NCBI GenBank assembly: GCA_964016885.1
Contig: OZ024765.1
Coordinates: forward strand, 3,906,001-3,970,000
DNA from: Eledone cirrhosa
Lineage: Eukaryota
Direction of reading: 5' to 3'
Length of the DNA stretch: 64,000 bases
In this document: piece by piece, positions 52,900-64,000 of the stretch
How the letters are laid out: each line of letters opens with the position of its first letter
Position numbering within the stretch: the stretch's first letter is position 1
The notes under the pieces: model-generated
Seen by the model: only the letters and a program-made list of their open reading frames with translations
The model's database searches: none
Told to the model about the DNA's origin: nothing
Position numbers and translations under genes: made by a program

Positions 52900-53512
52900 G
52901 GTGCATGGCTTAGTGGTTAGAGCATTGGGCTTCCAATCGAAAGAATACATATCATCATCATCATCATCATCACCGTTTTACGTCCGTTCTTCCACGCTAG
53001 CATGGGTTAGACAGGTTGTCCTGTTGTGGGCAGTGTCTGGTCGGCTGACCATGCCTTGCTCATACAGGAACTGATCTGGCTTGATTTCTACAGCTGGATG
53101 CCCTTCCTAACACCAACCTCATTTACAGTGAGTGCTGGGTGCTTTTTCGTGGCGCCTACACGTCCACTTTACAGTGTGGGCTGGGTGCTTTTCTGCCGTG
53201 GCACCTCCACGACCACCTTGCAGTGGGGGGTGTGGGGGCATATTGTCTATATGCTTCAGCTTGTACCCATGGGAGGTCGGGTACTCTATACATGTATATA
53301 TGTATTCTTATAGCTACAAGATAACATTCCAACAACTATGTTATCATTACTTTATCATTACATATATTACCTTATTTACCTTGCAGTAGCCCGTAGCCTT
53401 CTAAAAGCACACACACACACACACTCACACATTTTCCTGCAATTTCCACACTGCTTTAAGCCAGCTACATCATCATCTGGTCTCCATCATAGTTTTCTGT
53501 TTGTTTTAACAG

Positions 53513-53621
53513 CTCCAAGAGATATTGAGTCCTATTACCAAGAGATCGGCAGAGCGGGCAGAGATGGCTTGCCTAGCATCTGTAAGGTATTCCATGCATC
53601 GGGAGATTTCAACATTCATCG
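53513..53621 (+). CDS. WRN: WRN-like exon 14 ([19 protein letters not shown]; motif VI)
   Basis: [12 protein letters not shown]; cag/gtaagt; 109 nt. Confidence 0.97.
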
Positions 53622-53649
53622 GTAAGTGCATACACGTGATCATCACAAT

Positions 53650-54005
53650 CATCATCATCATCATCATTTTATGTCCGCTTTTCCCTGCTTGCAAGAGTGG
53701 GACGGGTCCTTTTCAGCACAGCATCTCTCCATTTGTCACGGTCCTTCATCATCTCCTCTGTGAGCTTCAGCAACCTGAGGTCACCTCTCACCACCTCCGC
53801 CCATGTTTTTTGTGGTCTTCCTCTACTGTGTCTTCCTTCTACTGGGATTTCTTGGCACTTCTTTGCCCAGCGGTCATCCTCCATGCGCATCACATGTCCA
53901 TACCATCTCAGTCTTCTCTCCCACACTCTACAGTTTATCCCTCTTAAACACAGTTTCACTCTCAACACGTCCATGCTTTGTCGTTCATGCACATAGACGT
54001 TGCAC
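53650..54005 (-). mobile_element. RTE LINE 3' fragment
   Basis: [12 protein letters not shown]...GRPQKTW; same family at 5065-5250, 5565-5680, 56872-57230. Confidence 0.85.
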
Positions 54006-55370
54006 ATCCATACATACGTCTGTTTGTGTATTTACATGCATACACACACACATATATGTGTGTGTGTATGCATGTAAATACACAAACATCATCATCATTT
54101 TATGTCCGCTTTTCCCTGCTTGCAAGGGTGGGACGGGAACTGATTCTGGCTTGATTTCTACAGCTGGATGCCCTTCCTAACACCAACCTCATTTACAGTG
54201 AGTGCTGGGTGCTTTTTTGCCGTGGCACCTCCACGACCACTTTGCAGTGGAATGATAGGGACCCCAGTCCCTATCATCTCATTTCTACAGCTGAGTAAAC
54301 TGGAGCAATGTGAAATAAAGTGTCTTGCTCAAGGAAACAACACATCACCCGGTCTGAGAGTTGAACTCACAACCTTTCGATTGCAAGGCCAATACTCTAA
54401 CCACTAAGCCATGTTCCTCCCAACAGACGTATGTATGTCTGTCTGTGTATTTATGTGTGTGTGTGGTTGGCATTAAGAAGGACATCCAGATGTAAAAATC
54501 TAGCTAGAAACAGACCTGTATGCGCAAGACAGTTACCTGAGTCAACTTGCCTGAAACAGGACAACCCGTCTAACCCATGCTAGCATGGAAAATGGATATT
54601 AAACAGTTATGATGATGATTTGTGAACTTAATATAACTGTACAATTGCCTCCTGTGTTTTGTTCATTCATTTTCAACTATATATATAGACGGTGGAGGTA
54701 CATGGCCTAGTGGTAAGGGTGTTGGACTTACGATCATAATGTTGTGAGTTCGATTCCTGGGTTGTGTGTTGTGTTCACTCTAAAGTTTTAGTGCTAGGAT
54801 CATGATAAAATACACCCAGTACACTCTGTAAAGTGGTAGTGTTGGGATCATGATAAAATACACCTTGCACACTCTGTAAAGTGGTAGTGTTGGTGTCATG
54901 ATAAAATACACCCAGTACACTCTGTAAAGTGGTAGTGCTGGGATCAGGATAAAATACACCCAGTACACTCTGTAAAGTGGTAGTGATAGTGTCATGATAA
55001 AATATACCCAGTACTCTATAAAGTGGTAGTGTTGTGTCATGTTAAAATACACCCAGTGCACTCTGTAAAGTGTTAGTGCTAGTGTCACAATAAAATAGAC
55101 CCAGTACACTGTAAAGTGTTAGTGCTGGTGTCATGATAAAAATATACCCAGTACACCCTGTAAAGTTTTGGTGCTAGGATCATGATAAAATACACCCAGT
55201 ACACTCTGTGAAGTGGTAGTACTGGTACCATGATAAAATACACCCAGTACACTCTGTAAAGTAATAGTACTGGTGTCATGAAAAATACACCCAATCCAAT
55301 TGTCTAACCCATGCTAACATGGAAAATGGTGATGATGATGATGATAGGGACATATTTCTTTATTTGGTAG

Positions 55371-55472
55371 GTTCTTTGTGAAAAACATAAGCAATGTTAC
55401 ATTCCGGTCACACAAGCTGAAGATGTTGTCCAAGATGGAAACCTATTTAAACTCTATGTCTTGTAGACGAAA
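55371..55472 (+). CDS. WRN: WRN-like exon 15 (FRSHKLKMLSKMETYLNSMSCRR; Zn-binding subdomain)
   Basis: Matches the WRN pattern KLKMxxKMExYL..CRR; tag/gtaagg; 102 nt. Confidence 0.94.
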
Positions 55473-56448
55473 GTAAGGATCTTTATTTTTGATATCTTTC
55501 TGGTGTCTTTTAATAATTCATATCTGTTGTTTTGTTGATGGAGGGCTGGTGGTGGTGGTGTTAGTGGTGATGGGGGTGGTGGGGTGATAGTGTTGTTCGT
55601 GGTGGTGGGGGTGGGGTGATAGTGTTGTTAGTGGTGGTGGGAGTGGGGTGTTAGTGGTGGTGGTGGTGGGGGTGGGGTGTTAGTGGTGGGGGGTGGGGTG
55701 ATAGTGTTGTTAGTGGTGGTGGGGGTGGGGTGGTAGTGTTGTTAGTGGTGAGGGTGGTGGTGGTGGTGGTGTTAGTGGTGATGGGGTGGTGTGGTGGGGT
55801 GATAGTGTTGTTAGTGGTGGTCGGGGTGGGGAGGGTGGTGATGTTAGTGGTAGTGGTGTTGTTAGTGGTGATGAGGGTGGTGGTGGTGGGGTGATAGTGT
55901 TGGTGGTGATGGAGGGTTGGGGTTGTTGATGTTGGGGGTGGTGGGGGTAGCTTTGTCTTTCATCCTTACAGAATTGATAAAATAAAGTACCAGTAATGCA
56001 CTGGGTAATTGCTGGCCTTGTGCCAAGAGTAGAAACAATTATTATTATTATTATCAAGGGTGGCGGATTGGTAGTATCGGTAGAGAGTCAGACCCCATGC
56101 TTTGCAGCATAGAGTTACGGCTCTTTACGGTCTGAGTTTAAATCCTGCCTAGGCCAACTTTGCTTTTCATCATTTTCGGGGTCGATAAAATAAAGTACCA
56201 GTAATACACTGGGATAATTGCTGGCCTTGTGCCTAAAGTAGAAACAATTATTTTTTTTTGGCTCTCTACGTTTGAGTTCAATTTCCGCCAAGGTTAGCTT
56301 TGCCTTACATCCTTTCTGGGTCGATAAAATAAGGTACCTGTCACGCACTGGGGTCGATTTAATCGACCCCCCCCCCCCCCCCCCCCCCCAATTGCTGGCC
56401 TTGTGCCTAATTCAGAAACTATTGTTATTGTTATCTTTTCTCTTCCAG

Positions 56449-56528
56449 ATTAATTCTTCAACATTTTGAAGATAAAATGTCCCCAATATTGGTGGAGGAC
56501 AGAATTGCTGTGATAACTGCCAGAAAAG
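56449..56528 (+). CDS. WRN: WRN-like exon 16 (LILQHFEDK / NIGGGQNCCDNCQK), 1-nt frameshift as assembled
   Basis: HFED and CCDNC lie in different frames; 80 nt where the flanking phases need 81; cag/gtaatt. Confidence 0.88.
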
Positions 56529-56871
56529 GTAATTATGTGTATCTGTATAATATATATATGTATCTCTCGAAAGGTTGTGAGTTCAATTCTCAGACCGGGT
56601 GATGTGTTGTTTCCTTCAGCAAGACACTTTATTTCACATTGCTCCAGTTTACTCAGCTGTAGAAATAAGATGATAGGGACTGGGGTCCCTATCATTCCAC
56701 TGCAAAGTGGTCGTGGAGGTGCCATGGCAAAAAAGCACCCAGCACTCACTGTAAATGAGGTTGGTGTTAGGAAGGGCATCCAGCTGTAGAAATCAAGCCA
56801 GAATCAGTTCCCGTCCCACCCTTGCAATCAGGGAAAAGCGGACGTAAAATGAAATGATGATGATGATATGT

Positions 56872-57230
56872 ATCATCATCATCATTTTACGTCCGCTTTT
56901 CCCTGATTGCAAGGGTGGGATGGGTCCTATTCAGCACAGCATCTCTCCACCTGTCACGCTCCTTCGTCATCTCCTCCATGAGTTTCAGTGATCTGAGGTC
57001 TGCTTTCACCACCTCCGCCCAAGTTTTTCATGGTCTTCCTCTACCACGTCTTCCTTCCACTGGCATTTCCTGGCACTTCTTCACCCATCGGTCATCCCTC
57101 ATGTACATCACATGTCCATACCACCGCAGTCTCCTCTCTCGCACACTACATTCTATCCCTCTCAGACACAGTTTCTCTCTCAACTCATCCATGCTGGGTC
57201 GTTCACACACATTGACATTGCACATCCAAT
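56872..57230 (-). mobile_element. RTE LINE 3' fragment
   Basis: [14 protein letters not shown]...GRRGRGRP. Confidence 0.85.
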
Positions 57231-57929
57231 GTATGTGTATGTCTTTATGTGTGTATATATATATATATATATCTCTATGTGTATGTCTTTATGTATGTAT
57301 ATATATGTATATCTCTATGTATGTGTATGTCTTTATGTATGTATATATATATGTATATCTCTATATGTATGTGTATGTCTTTATGTATATCTCTATATGT
57401 ATGTGTATGTCTTTATGTATGTATATATATATATATATGTATATCTCTATATGTATGTGTATGTCTTTATGTATATATATATATATATATCTATATGTAT
57501 GTCTTTATGTATGTATGTATATGTATATCTCTATATGTATGTGTATCTCTATATGTATGTATATCCCTATACGTATGTGTATATCTATGTGTGTACGTAT
57601 GTCTTTATGTGTGTGTATATGTGTATCTTTATGTATGTGTATCTATGTGTGTGTGTGTGTCTCTTTATGTAAGTGTATGTCTTTATGTGTGTACGTATGT
57701 GTATCTTTATATGTATGTGTGTGACTATATATACATGTGTATGTGTATATGTGTGTGTGTACATGTGTACGTGTGTGTCTGTCTATATATGTATGTTTGT
57801 GTCTGTGCCTATATATATATGTGTGTGTGTGTACCTACATGTGTGTGTGTGTGTCTGCCCATATATATGTGTTGTGTCTCTCTCTATATATATATATATG
57901 TGTGTACATGTGTGTCTGTCTACATATAT

Positions 57930-60100
57930 ACAGAGTGTACTGGGTGTATTTTATCATGACACCATCACTACCACTTTACAGAGTGTACTGGGTGTATTTC
58001 ATCATGTCACCACCACTACCACTTTACAGAGTGTACTGGGTGTATTTCATCATGTCACCACCACTACCACTTTACAGAGTGTACTGGGTGTATTTTATCA
58101 TGACACCATCACTACCACTTTACAGAGTGTACTGGGTGTATTTTATCATGACACTACCACTTTACAGAGTGTACTGGGTGTATTTCATCATGTCACCACC
58201 ACTACCACTTTACAGAGTGTACTGGGTGTATTTTATCATGACACCATCACTACCACTTTACAGAATGTACTGGGTGTATTTTATCATGACACCACCACTA
58301 CCACTTTACAGAATGTACTGGGTGTATTTTATCATGACACCATCACTACCACTTTACAGAGTGTACTGGGTGTATTTTATCATGACACCATCACTACCAC
58401 TTTACAGAATGTACTGGGTGTATTTTATCATGACACCATCACTACCACTTTACAGAATGTACTGGGTGTATTTTATCATGACACCACCACTACCACTTTA
58501 CAGAATGTACTGGGTGTATTTTATCATGACACCATCACTACCACTTTACAGAGTGTACTGGGTGTATTATATCATGACACCACCACTACCACTTTACAGA
58601 ATGTACTGGGTGTATTTTATCATGACACCATCACTACCACTTTACAGAGTGTACTGGGTGTATTTTATCATGACACCAACACTACCACTTTACAGAATGT
58701 ACTGGGTGTATTTTATCATGTCACCACCACTACCACTTTACAGAGTGTACTGGGTGTATTTTATCATGACACCATCACTACCACTTTACAGAGTGTACTG
58801 GGTGTATTTTATCATGACACCAACACTACCACTTTACAGAATGTACTGGGTGTATTTTATCATGTCACCACCACTACCACTTTACAGAGTGTACTGGGTG
58901 TATTTTATCATGACACCATCACTACCACTTTACAGAGTGTACTGGGTGTATTTTATCATGACACCAACACTACCACTTTACAGAATGTACTGGGTGTATT
59001 TTATCATGTCACCACCACTACCACTTTACAGAGTGTACTGGGTGTATTTTATCATGACACCATCACTACCACTTTACAGAGTGTACTGGGTGTATTTTAT
59101 CATGACACCATCACTACCACTTTACAGAGTGTACTGGGTGTATTTTATCATGACACCATCACTACCACTTTACAGAGTGTACTGGGTGTATTTTATCATG
59201 ACACTAACACTACCACTTTACAGAGTGTACTGGGTGTATTTTATCATGACACCACCACTACCACTTTACAGAATGTACTGGGTGTATTTTATCATGACAC
59301 CACCACTACCACTTTACAGAATGTACTGGGTGTATTTTATCATGACACCATCACTACCACTTTACAGAATGTACTGGGTGTATTTTATCATGTCACCACC
59401 ACTACCACTTTACAGAGTGTACTGGGTGTATTTTATCATGACACCATCACTACCACTTTACAGAGTGTACTGGGTGTATTTTATCATGACACCATCACTA
59501 CCACTTTACAGAGTGTACTGGGTGTATTTTATCATGACACCATCACTACCACTTTACAGAGTGTACTGGGTGTATTTTATCATGACACTACCACTTTACA
59601 GAGTGTACTGGGTGTATTTCATCATGTCACCACCACTACCACTTTACAGAGTGTACTGGGTGTATTTCATCATGTCACCACCACTACCACTTTACAGAGT
59701 GTACTGGGTGTATTTCATCATATCACCATCACCACCACTTTACAGAGTGTACTGGGTGTATGTTATCATTACATTAACACTACCACTTTACAGAGTGTAC
59801 TGGGTGTATTATATCATGACACCATCACTACCACTTTACAGAGTGTACTGGGTGTATGTTATCATTACATTAACACTACCACTTTACAGAGTGTACTGGG
59901 TGTATTATATCATGACACCAACACTACCACTTTACAGAGTGTACTGGGTGTATTTCATCATATCACCATCACTACCACTTTACAGAGTGTACTTGGTGTA
60001 TTTTATCATGACATCACCACTACCACTTTACAGAGTGTACTGGGTGTATGTTATCATTACATCGACACTACCACTTTACAGAGTGTACTGGGTGTATTTT
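57930..60100. repeat. 48-bp satellite of the related AAAGTGG..CACCCAGT family, about 45 copies
   Basis: Unit cagagtgtactgggtgtattttatcatgacaccatcactaccacttta. Confidence 0.95.
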
Positions 60101-60134
60101 GATCTGTTGTATGTTTTTTTTCTCCCTTTTTTAG

Positions 60135-60261
60135 AATTGACTGTGAACGTAGGCGAAAGTACCTGGAATCAAGTAACCAGCTGGATGCTATGAGAGTCCC
60201 AGATTATAGCAAACCCTGTGATTATTCTAAAGAGGCCCGCTATGTCTTGAGTGCTGTAGAG
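60135..60261 (+). CDS. WRN: WRN-like exon 17 (IDCERRRK...DYSKEARYVLSAVE; start of RQC)
   Basis: Aligns by eye with WRN DFGPQAFKLLSAVD; tag/gtaggt; 127 nt. Confidence 0.88.
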
Positions 60262-60575
60262 GTAGGTTTCGGGTGTGCATGGCCTCGTGGTTAGGTGAGA
60301 GATGGGGGAACCTGCAGCCTTTTGAAAGAATCAAAAAATTTCCAACAAATTTTTAATTTTTATTACAAATCTTTTTGTCTATCATCATCATCATCATCAT
60401 CATCATCACCCTTTCATGTCCATATTTCCACACTAGCATGAGTTAGATGAATTGTCCCATTTTGAGACAATTCAGATCAGATGACCACGTCTTGCTTGCT
60501 CATACAAATCTTAAGCTCGTGGGTTTCGGCTCATTGGGGAATGTCTGTGGCCTTGTAGTTGGGCTGTTGTATTCA

Positions 60576-62110
60576 GTCTTAAGCTCATAGGTTCAGGTCC
60601 CTAGGGAGGTGTATGACCTAGTTGTTAGGTTGTTGTATTCAGTCTTAAGCTCATAGGTTCAGGTCCCTAGGGAGGTGTATGGCCTAGTTGTTAGGCTGTT
60701 GTATTTACAGTCTTAAGCTCATAGGTTCAGGTCCCTAGGGAGGTGTATGGCCTAGTTGTTAGGCTGTTGTATTCACAATCTTAAGCTCATAGGTTCAGGT
60801 CCCTAGGGAGGTGTATGGCCTAGTTGTTAGGTTGTTGTATTCACAATCTTAAGCTCATAGGTTCAGGTCCCTAGGGAGGTGTATGGCCTAGTTGTTAGGT
60901 TGTTGTATTCACAATCTTAAGCTCATAGGTTCAGGTCCCTAGGGAGGTGTATGGCCTAGTTGTTAGGCTGTTGTATTCACAATCTTAAGCTTGTAGGTTC
61001 AGGTCCCTAGGGAGGTGTATGGCCTAGTTGTTAGGCTGTTGTATTCACAATCTTAAGCTCATAGGTTCAGGTCCCTAGGGAGGTGTATGGCCTAGTTGTT
61101 AGGTTGTTGTATTCACAATCTTAAGCTCATAGGTTCAGGTCCCTAGGGAGGTGTATGGCCTAGTTGTTAGGCTGTTGTATTCACAGTCTTAAGCTCATAG
61201 GTTCAGGTCCCTAGGGAGGTGTATGACCTAGTTGTTAGGTTGTTGTATTCAGTCTTAAGCTCATAGGTTCAGGTCCCTAGGGAGGTGTATGGCCTAGTTG
61301 TTAGGCTGTTGTATTTACAGTCTTAAGCTTGTAGGTTCAGGTCCCTAGGGAGGTGTATGGCCTAGTTGTTAGGTTGTTGTATTTACAGTCTTAAGCTCAT
61401 AGGTTCAGGTCCCTAGGGAGGTGTATGGCCTAGTTGTTAGGCTGTTGTATTCACAGTCTTAAGCTCATAGGTTCAGGTCCCTAGGGAGGTGTATGGCCTA
61501 GTTGTTAGGTTGTTGTATTCACAGTCTTAAGCTCATAGGTTCAGGTCCCTAGGGAGGTGTATGGCCTAGTTGTTAGGCTGTTGTATTTACAGTCTTAAGC
61601 ATGTAGGTTCAGGTCCCTAGGGAGGTGTATGGCCTAGTTGTTAGGCTGTTGTATTTACAGTCTTAAGCTTGTAGGTTCAGGTCCCTAGGGAGGTGTATGA
61701 CCTAGTTGTTAGGTTGTTGTATTCAGTCTTAAGCTCATAGGTTCAGGTCCCTAGGGAGGTGTATCGCCTAGTTGTTAGGCTGTTGTATTCACAGTCTTAA
61801 GCATGTAGGTTCAGGTCCCTAGGGAGGTGTATGGCCTAGTTGTTAGGCTGTTGTATTTACAGTCTTAAGCTTGTAGGTTCAGGTCCCTAGGGAGGTGTAT
61901 GGCCTAGTTGTTAGGCTGTTGTATTTACAGTCTTAAGCTCATAGGTTCAGGTCCCTAGGGAGGTGTATGGCCTAGTTGTTAGGCTGTTGTATTTACAGTC
62001 TTAAGCTCATAGGTTCAGGTCCCTAGGGAGGTGTATGGCCTAGTTGTTAGGTTGTTGTATTCACAGTCTTAAGCTTGTAGGTTCAGGTCCCTAGGGAGGT
62101 GTATGGCCTC
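60576..62110 (+). repeat. 68-bp tandem array of tRNA-like SINE heads, about 22 copies
   Basis: Unit ggaggtgtatggcctagttgttaggctgttgtattcacaatcttaagctcataggttcaggtccctag, with A-box-like and B-box-like motifs. Confidence 0.9.
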
Positions 62111-62461
62111 GTGTCCAGTTGTTTGAGCGAAGTTAAAATTATGTGCATTTTGAGTGATGTCTATTAAGCGATGTCAGTTTTAGTGAACCTCAAACTGTTT
62201 TTTTAAAGACATTTTGAGCGAAGTTGATAAAAATACAAATATACTAGAAATCTACAGTTTTGTACAAATAATTACACCTTCATAACGGGTAAATAAAAAA
62301 AATTATTAAAAATCGATGCATTTTATTGTAGAAAGAACTAAAAATTCACAACGTTTAAAATCGAAAAAATTAATTTGATAGTATATATTTCACTTAAAAT
62401 AAATCTTTGCTGAAATTACCATTGGCTCTTTATGTTTTGCTCTAAATAACTTTACTCTAAA

Positions 62462-63213
62462 CTAGCAGTGTATCCCGGCATTGCACGGGTAAGAACATTG
62501 GTAATAGCACCTCCAATGAGAAACGTTTATTTGTGAGTGCCTGTTAAAAACTCACGAACTGGACATGCTCACTGACATCCAGAGTTGACACTGCACTCAG
62601 TGGTCCTGTGGGGGCCCCTGCATGGACTCACTGGAAGAGGAAGACCGAAGTTAACATATGTTGATGCCCTAAGGACAGACACTGGTCTGTTGGAGACGCA
62701 GGACATGGCAGCGATAATGAGGGACAGAGACCGCTGAAGAGAACTCGTCCATGGATCTCGGGAATTTTACCTGCCCTAGATACATAGATAGATATATTTT
62801 TATGTGTATATTTATATATAAGTATATGTGCATATATATGTTTGTATATGTATGTATGTATGTATGTATATGTGTATATATGTGTGTGTATATGTATATA
62901 TGTGTATATATATATATGTGTGTGTGTGAATGTGACAAAGATAATACGTCAGCAATGACGTGTTGATCATAATGTCCTTATGCAGACAGCCAGGCATACA
63001 GACAGATATTATAAAGGCGCAACGTAGATCGATAACCGGCGCCTAACACCCCTTTATCAACAGAAAATTGAAAAATAAAAGCTGCAGTTAATATCTTTAG
63101 ACTGCAAGGGATATATAAATGCATGTTTGAAGTCAATCAGAGTAGAAATGTGGATTTGTATAGACTTTGCAAAAATGAGGACACACAGACAACTACAGTT
63201 TTATATATATAGA
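62462..63213 (-). mobile_element. Non-autonomous Helitron-like element with a nested RTE fragment
   Basis: Minus strand A|TCTATATATATAAAACTG...subterminal hairpin cccgtgcaatgccggg...CTAG|T. Confidence 0.65.
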
Positions 63214-63461
63214 TGACTTTACTCTAAATAACTTTGCTCAAAATAATGGGGTTGATAAAATAAAGTACCAGTAATGCACTGGGGTTGATTTAATAGCTTT
63301 TCGCTTTCTTCCGCCTAAAAAATTGATGACTTTGTGCCTAAAGTAGAAACAATTATTATTACCATTGTCATCATCGAAGTAATTTATTACTTCATCTAAT
63401 GAATCCGTTGTCTAATGCTATCCCTGTCTTCCCATGGCCACCTCTCCTGCTCTTATTACAG

Positions 63462-63568
63462 ATGATGAACGGCTTTTGTGGCATTTCTTCCATTACTCTG
63501 TTCCTGATGGCGTCTGTTGACAAGAAAGTACAACGCTACACATCAGATCCAAACTATGGAGCTGGCAA
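63462..63568 (+). CDS. WRN: WRN-like exon 18 (MMNGFCGISSITLFLMAS...YGAGK; RQC winged helix); gene continues beyond window
   Basis: Aligns by eye with WRN FGIGLPILFLRGS...FGTGK; cag/gtaagt; 107 nt. Confidence 0.88.
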
Positions 63569-64000
63569 GTAAGTCTTCCTCTAAATATTCATTCATTTAT
63601 CTCTAAAAAGTCTTTTATAATGAAAATTATTGTGTACAGTGCTCAGGTGCACTTCAGCTCATCAAAGGTGCATGTATAGTACATAGAATAATGTACAAAT
63701 GCCAGGAAAGTGAACAGTGTATGAGTCATGATATAAACACAGATACATGTGTCTGTGTGTGTTGAGGGGGAATAGCAGGTGTAGTGTTGGTGAATTTTGG
63801 GAAGCATGGAGGTTTTGAAGGGTTTTCTTATCCACTAACCCTTTTCTTACCATATTTCAAGTAAGTCTTCCTCTAAATATTGTTCTTCTTTGCCCACTTA
63901 CTCCTGAGAGGGTCTTTGGGGCAGAGTCTTGAAACACTCCTTCCAGCAAGTCCTATCAGGAGCAACCATCTCCAATTGATCTAGCTGGATCTACAAATGT

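Noticed and set aside
55548-55945. G-rich tract with quadruplex potential in a G4-resolving helicase gene
   Set aside because: Ordinary (GGT)-type low-complexity sequence, common throughout this window; no evidence of function
56471-56490. Programmed -1 ribosomal frameshift or A-to-I editing as the fix for the WRN frameshift
   Set aside because: No canonical X XXY YYZ slippery site in frame, and A-to-I editing cannot insert a base
57673-60193. 809-aa and 818-aa ORFs
   Set aside because: Microsatellite plus 48-bp satellite read-through; the real exon at 60135 uses another frame
60576-62110. Functional tRNA gene cluster
   Set aside because: Units lack an acceptor stem and a canonical TTCRA T-loop; they are SINE-head derivatives

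Overview
Repeat-rich animal genomic DNA. The SINE/LINE repertoire and the dense (TA)/(CA)/(CAT) microsatellites suggest an octopus-like cephalopod (inference). Two multi-exon genes lie head-to-head. On the minus strand, EFTUD2 (U5 snRNP 116 kDa GTPase/Snu114) has 13 coding exons at 24052->949, 382 codons, and continues beyond the left edge. On the plus strand, a Werner-type RecQ helicase (WRN-like) has 18 coding exons at 30318->63568 and continues beyond the right edge. The WRN-like gene has no recognisable N-terminal exonuclease domain, and its zinc-binding exon (56449-56528) carries a 1-nt frameshift as assembled. None of the long ORFs in the supplied track is a real gene; they are read-throughs of satellites. 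The introns hold tRNA-derived SINEs, RTE, CR1-like and R4/Dong-like LINE fragments, Penelope-like remnants with minimal hammerhead ribozymes, a TTAA-flanked piggyBac-type MITE with an expandable internal array, Helitron-like elements and a solo LTR. Nearly every large tandem array can be traced to a specific piece of a transposable element also visible in the window.
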